A DNA stretch of 64,000 nucleotides, taken from assembly GCF_009914755.1 (NCBI RefSeq), contig NC_060932.1; one strand, given 5' to 3'. How positions within the stretch are numbered: position 1 is the first letter of the stretch; each line of letters opens with the position of its first letter. Shown one piece after another: positions 57,450-64,000 of the stretch. The notes under the pieces are model-generated. The model made no database searches. It was not told the DNA's origin and was given only the letters and a program-made list of their open reading frames with translations. The stretch comes from the human T2T-CHM13v2.0 reference genome, Homo sapiens. The translations under genes were made by a program, and so were the position numbers.

Positions 57450-60400
57450 TCATAGCTGACTTTAAGTGTTATCATAAGTGCTGTCTCATTTAATTGTTAG
57501 AACAGTCCAAAAGATAGGCACCATTATCTACATGTAACAGATAAGGAAGCTAGAGTTTGCCTGAAGTCATATGGCTAATTAATGGAGAAACCTAGACTCC
57601 TCCCACTCAGGTTTTTTTGACTCAAAATCTACTTAAGCACTGTGCTACACTGAGTTATGTAAAACCAGAAACTACATTTCTGATCCATTTAAGTTTTGTC
57701 TCCACTACTTACCAAGTTTGTGACCCAGGTAGGTTGCTTAACATAAAATTCCAGGTTTCTCATCTGCTAATGGGGACAATAATAGTCCCTGCCTCATCAG
57801 GTTGTGATAAATGTGACAATAATTCTGACAGAGAAATTAACTGTATGAATTACACTACAGGTAATACTTCAATTTGCATAAGGATTGAGAAGGGTACCTA
57901 ATAGAAGGAGACAGGTGGCAAAGGAGTGAAAGAGTGAGAAGGAATTGGAAATTGCCATTTTCTCTTCCTTTTTCCTTTGTTGGGATTCTTTTTGAGCCAT
58001 GACCACTGTTTTCCCACCATTCTTACTATCCACAGAGGAGACTTGGAGCAGGAAAGACAAATAATTATTGAACACTTACTACAGTGATGTCAAAAATTGT
58101 TGTAAGCACTTTTCATGTGTTAACATGACATAATTGACAAAAAAAATCATATAAGTAAGAAAACTGAGGCGTCGAGGAAACTGAGACTTGAATAAAGACC
58201 ATAGCTTATGAGTGCTATACTTCATGTGTGCTTTATTTTTGAAGAGGCTAGTGTTTGAGTTCTCTTGCCTCTGAGACATTTCTTGTTCATTAATTTCTAA
58301 GCACTCTCTCCTCACTGGGGTGAAGAGACCACCTGGAGATTCTTCTCATCACCAAAATAGGTAGGAAGGGTATCCACTGATTCTGCCATTAACATATCTC
58401 AGACAGGCCCTTCAGAACGATTCAACTCCCATTGATTTTCACAGAGAAAAGCCCCATTCAGATGGAAAGCAAAGGACTTATTTGTTCCTGACATAAACTG
58501 GTGTTTCATGCTGGACTCAGTAAGTGCTGTGAGTGGGGAGGCTGAATTCAGATCAGTGAAGAATCCAGAGATCATTCTTACCAAGCAAACACATTGTGTG
58601 GCCCGCTGGGCACAGATACTAAAAAAGCATCAGAGGCATGAGGTCATGGTTGTTTTCAGACTATCCAGAAATTTATTCCAGAAGTCCTATTCAGCACTAA
58701 ACTGCAGTATTTCCCAGGGTGGAGGAAGGAGACAACAGTGCATTATGACACATGTCTAAAGGCGGGGGCTTTGGGGACAGACTCCTGGGCTTTGCATCCC
58801 AGCTTCACCTGCTAACTCTCAGGCAAGTTACTTAGCTGTGCCTCAGTGTTTTCATCTATGAAAAGAACACATTAATAGCACTTTCTATCTTAGGGTGGTC
58901 ATAAGTATTAAATGAGACAGCATATGTAAAGTGTGGAAAATAGTACCCAGCACACCTTAAACGAAACAGCAAAATAATAATTCACTTTTGCTGAATGCAC
59001 CTTCCCATAGGGTCTCAGTGCTAATTTCAGACAGTAAGTCAACCACTGTTGCCTCTATGTTGCCAAATTTAACAATTAAATCTGTTCAACATGTCAGTGA
59101 AATACAGGGGAATTTAGCAAGTTTTTAAAGGCATTTTCCAAATTGCTAATTGTATGATTTGCACATGCTACAGCTCAAAGGAATGGTGCACTGGTAGCCA
59201 GAGCTAGGAAAGAACTAAGGAAGAAAGTTATCTTCCTCAAGAAAAGCCTCCTGCTTCTTTCCCCCAACGCCTCGGGGCAACTGGGAGATATAATGGACAG
59301 AATACACAATCGTGAATGAGAAGTTCGGTGTTCAAGTTGTGGCTCTAGCACTTAATTGTGCCAGTTACTCTGTCTAAAATTTAATTTTTCTATTTGAGAA
59401 ATACAGGTAACAGCACCCACACAAGTAAATGTATTTAAATGTCTTTAAATGTCTTTTTAACAAATAGTGCCCTGTGCAAATGCTACCTATTATTTACTAC
59501 ACTGATGCAATCATTCAAATGCTTATGTCCTGGGAGGGTCTAAGTGCTTATTTACAGCCTGTTATAAATTACCCCAGAATCAGGCTGCTTTCCTCATAGA
59601 CCTGGCTGGGACCAGGGATGGTGGGTGATGGGAGAGCTTTCCCTCTGCTGTGGTAAGGGTAAAGAATAAGACTTCTTGGAACATGAGGTACTCTGGAGCT
59701 GGGATGGGAAAGGGTCCAGAGAGAAAGATTGTAGGATTCTGTGAGTTTCACATACTTTGAAATGTGGCTGATGCAAGACCTGATAAAACTGTTCATCAAG
59801 ATGACTGAGAGGATGATGGTGATTTCAGTAATTACAACTTACCTTTCACAACCGTTTTCAAGCTTAAAAATCTCCTTTTCTCTTGAAAAACTCATCATTT
59901 CCTGGTAAAATAGAGGACAAGAAATACACTTTTTGTCATCCTTAGATTGCTAGTTTCATGGTGGTTTGAAGGAAAGACCAATGTGGTAGGAGGCAGCAGG
60001 GTACTGGAGACAGAAGTAGACTGCTTCTACCCCTTACTGGCCATGTGCCCTTAAACAAGTTCCCGAATCCAACTGGGACGTGGTTTCCTTATCCTTAAGA
60101 ACAGCAGCACCCACTGCAAAGGCTGTGATCAAGATTAAATAAGATCCTTCATCCAACAGGCCTTCTTCCTGGCACTCAGTAAATGGAGTCCATTATCATC
60201 ACAGCCACCCAGATCTGTCAAGGTATCTTGCCATCGGAAGCACTATGGGAGATCTATAAATGCTGGTTACGTTCCATTCATGGTGACTTGGATTATTACA
60301 CTGCTTCACAGAGTGGGAAGCTGAAGCCCACAAAGATCAAAGGGCTTGATGAAGCCTATAAAGCCATCTTGCACATCAGCTTTGGGAAACATCACGTAAG

Positions 60401-61795
60401 GCATGGGCCTGGAGAGGAAAGCGGGCCCACATCCAAGCTTATGTCAGTCAGATGCTAAAATGTCATTATCTCTACACTGAATTAAGTGCTTGTATATGTT
60501 GCTGCACAACAAAATGCATTATTGATGTACTAAAGTTTTCCCGCTGGGTTTATCTGTGGTTTGCATAGCGAATTTTGCACAGCGAATTTTGCACATTTTG
60601 TCATCACCTGTATTTGAAAATAGGATGTTTCTTGACGAATGATCCCATTATCTAATGAGTTTCATCATTAAGTTTTTTCATTTCCAATCTAAATGTTTCA
60701 TTTCTTGACTGTATAATGTTACTTCTTATTATACAATGCTAAATCATTGTTAAGTAATTCTTCTAGCCTGTTTTGTTACTGTCTTCCAAATATTAATAAG
60801 CAGTTATCCTTTTTTCTCAGTATTATTTATCTGTAATCTATACATGTGCAATGTTCTTAATGTCTTTGCATAGCTCATGCTTTTAATCACTGTTATCAGT
60901 TTCATTTGTGTTCCAGTTTATCAAGAAGTTCTTATAGATTTCTCATGCATAAGTAATGGTTTTAGACAACATCCTATTCAAGATGATATTTTTTTACACC
61001 CATATATTGGTGTCTATGTCTCTCCCAGGATAGCAACCTCTATGAGGGCAAAGACTGTCTTTTTTAAAATTTCTTCAATATTTTATTCTGAACACCTAGC
61101 ATAGTGGCTGCAATGTAGTCATCCTTGATACATATTTGTTGAATGAATATTGAATATGTAGCTGAAATTCATTTTCCTTTTATTAAAGCAAATAATTCAC
61201 TAAGCTCTCAAATATCTATTTGTAAACATTTTCTCCCTCCTAACATTTTTGTGTGCTACCTAATTAATGTAAGACATAGCCCCAGGGGTTGGCAGTAGAG
61301 AAATGAATCAGGTCTTGCCTGTCCCTGATGGGAAGTAATCAGATAATTCTAGTAATGCTGGCAAATCACCTGGATAGGGTGACTCTGTGCCAGGCTTTGT
61401 TTAACACCTCACTTGTATGGATGTATTTCATCCTCACCTCTACCCTTTTTTGCATGATTTTTTTATATTTCCTTATCTAATATACACCATAACCCTAGTG
61501 AGTAAGGTAAGTTAATTAGCCGCTCTATGGCTCAGTTTCTTCATCTGTCAAATGGAGTTTTATTTATTGAATACTTATATTTTGCATGCCTACTATGCCA
61601 GGCACTGTTGTAGGCAATAGTGATACAGCAGTGAACACAATGAACAATGCTCTTGCCTTCATGAAGTTATAATACATCCATAGCAGCACATACTTCATAA
61701 GATTTTGGGGAAGATTAAATGAGATGATGCTAGTAAAATCACCAAGAACAATATTGGCACATAGTAGGCACTCCATAAATGCTAGGCATTATTTT
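57450..61795. mobile_element. Cluster of separate MIR and L2 fragments (about 57450-57860, 58060-58200, 58760-58960, 60000-60200, 61000-61150, 61500-61795)
   Basis: Repeated MIR cores (gcctcagtgttttcatctatgaaa, ctcagtttcttcatctgtcaaatgg) and L2 ends (tatttgttgaatgaat). Unique sequence lies between them. Confidence 0.6.
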
Positions 61796-62106
61796 CATGC
61801 AAAGACATGCATAGAATAAGTAGGCAAATACATGCTTTCTGTTGATTCTGAGGGAATTTAAGGAAAGCAAATAGTTAATGTAAAATCATCACTCTAAAAA
61901 ATTAAAATTGTTGAACTATGATGAACCCAGGAATTTTGGGGTAACATATGCTTTTTTAGACTGGTAAATACTAATCACAGTATTTTCAATTTGTTTCTTT
62001 TCATTAAGCATATGAATTTATAAACCTTATATATGGATCTGTATTCAAAGGTTTGATTCATTATGGATTTTTTAAAAGGTGCATACTAATCTTTCTAATG
62101 CAATTA

Positions 62107-62446
62107 CTGTAGTCTCCACTTATCTGTGGTTTTACTTTCCATGGTTCCAGTTACCTGTGGTCAAATGTTGTCTGAAAACAGCTGAGTACAATAAGTATAA
62201 TAAAATATGGAGAGAAAAAGAGAGAACCACATTCACATGACTTTTATTATAATATATTATAGTCATTCTATTTTATTAGTAATATATTGTTAATCTCTTA
62301 CTGTACCTAATTTATAAATTAAAATTTATCATAGGTATGTGTGTGTAGGAAAAACAGAGTACATATAGAGTTCAGTACTATTCTCTTTTTCTGGCATCCA
62401 CTGCAGGTCGTGGAATGCATCCCCTGCAGATAAAGGGGGAGTACTG
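62107..62446. mobile_element. MER44-like Tigger MITE
   Basis: TA|ctgtagtctccacttatctgtgg ... gcagataaagggggagtactg|TA terminal inverted repeats. Confidence 0.85.
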
Positions 62447-62829
62447 TACATTAGAAAATTGTTTGAGCAAGAAGTAGAGCCTGAACTATAAAAACATATG
62501 TAGGATGGAGCCCTTTCTTCCAACTGAACACAAATAATGCTCTGCAATAAAATGAGGTATAAGCCATACAGCAGACAATTATAATGGGATTTAACCTAAT
62601 TAGTATTGGAGAACTGAGAGTCTTCATTAAAAGTAGCACTTCATAATCATGTAATCAGGAAGCTTTGGTTCTTAAAGGCTGACAGGAGATCTGATCCTTA
62701 AAAAAAGTGTTTCTAAATTTTCCAAGTGTATTCAGCAAATCGCCAAAACGTGCTTGATTAAAACTGTGATGGGGTGTGTATCCAGAACACCATGCATCCT
62801 CTACTCCAGTTCTTCCATCTTGATTGCTT

Positions 62830-64000
62830 TCCCCAAGTCACTCACTGAACTCTCATCACCCCCAAGTTCTGCAAACATTGCTTGTTATTTCAAAAGCTGA
62901 ATTAAATGCTATCAGTTGTGAACTTCCTCAGCTTACCTTCTCTTTCTGAAAGCACTCCCTCTGTCTGACTCAGAGAAATCTGCCTCCACCCAAAACCTTC
63001 AACTCCTTCTAGAAATCACATATTTCTTCATCTGTTTTTCTCCCCCAACTGCTAGATCTTTCTTTTCATCATATAAACAAGCCTCAAGCTTCTTTTTTAA
63101 TATTAAGAGAAAAGCAACTTTCCTCCAGCTCTTATCCTGTATCTCTCTTCTATCAGCCAAGTTTCTGGAAAGAGAAATACGTTTTTACTGTTTCCATTTC
63201 CAAGTCTCCCATTTACTACCCAAAGAAAGGGACCCTTGCCATTCCAATGGAGCTGCTCTCTCAGTGGCCACTAATAACCACTTCATGTAAATTCAAGCCA
63301 ACACCTCTCCGCTGTCAGGTTCCTTCTTACTAGAACTTTCTGTAGGATTAGAAACTTTTGACCATACTACCATCAACTCTTTCGAAAACCCACATCTCCA
63401 GAGAGACATTGTTCCTGACTTCCACACCAGTGTTTCAAGCTATGCCTACTCTTCCTCGATGTCGCCTCTGTAATGTCTTAACATGTCAGAGATTAACCTT
63501 GCAATCCCCTCTCCACCCTGCCCCATCTCTGATATTTCTCACCTTGGTGAGGGATGCTGTCCTTCACCCATCGCCTAATCCAGAAACATGAAAAATCTTT
63601 CCATACCCTCCCTACTGTCTATATCCACAATGTCCTGATGTCAGAATAATTTTCCTGAGATGAAAATATGGTCATGCCATTTCTGTATTTGTCACTCTTC
63701 AGTGGCTTCTCACAGCTTTTGAAAGAAAAGCCAAAATATTTAGCAAGATACTCAGAGTCCCTCGTGAATTTGCCCTTGCTAAATTTTCACTTCTCATGTT
63801 AACCTTCTCCCACATGTATTTGTCACTCCATCTGTTCCAAACTTATGTTAGCTTCCAGAGACTTCTGTTCTTTCACATCTCCAGAACAATCCTGCTCCCC
63901 CTAATACCTAATGAAATTCTTGTCTTCAAAACTCAATTTGAGTGCCACCTCTTCTGAAAATGTTTCTGCTAAAAATTTCTCTTCTCTTCAGAGCTCTCAG
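62830..64000. mobile_element. Decayed L2 body
   Basis: C/T-rich L2-like motifs: ctcttcagtggcttc, ctcaatttgagtgccacctcttctg. Confidence 0.55.

Overview
Primate genomic DNA (human-like; the HERV-W copy implies a catarrhine), AT-rich and repeat-dense. It lies inside the large NKAIN3 gene (Na+/K+-ATPase beta-subunit interacting protein 3) on the + strand. Two phase-0 coding exons are visible: 11785-11922 ([16 protein letters not shown]...RPRYIMV) and 21898-21978 ([27 protein letters not shown]). The rest is intron, filled with Alu, L1, L2, MIR, MaLR/ERV LTRs, DNA transposons and simple repeats; the supplied ORF track misses both exons and is mostly repeat-derived or spurious. The most unusual signal is three independent local templated insertions (about 553 bp inverted, 142 bp and 149 bp). 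Each was copied from within about 0.7-1.2 kb, sits inside an older transposon, lacks TSD and poly(A), carries junction filler, and is about 4-5% diverged from its donor. Other notable items are a HERV-W processed pseudogene with microhomology deletions, a polyadenylated MER4-type LTR retrocopy, an internally deleted L1 with a perfect 17-bp TSD, and a MER41 LTR keeping two intact STAT/GAS motifs. I see no evidence for a new protein-coding system. Repeat subfamily names come from recalled consensus sequences and identities were counted by eye.
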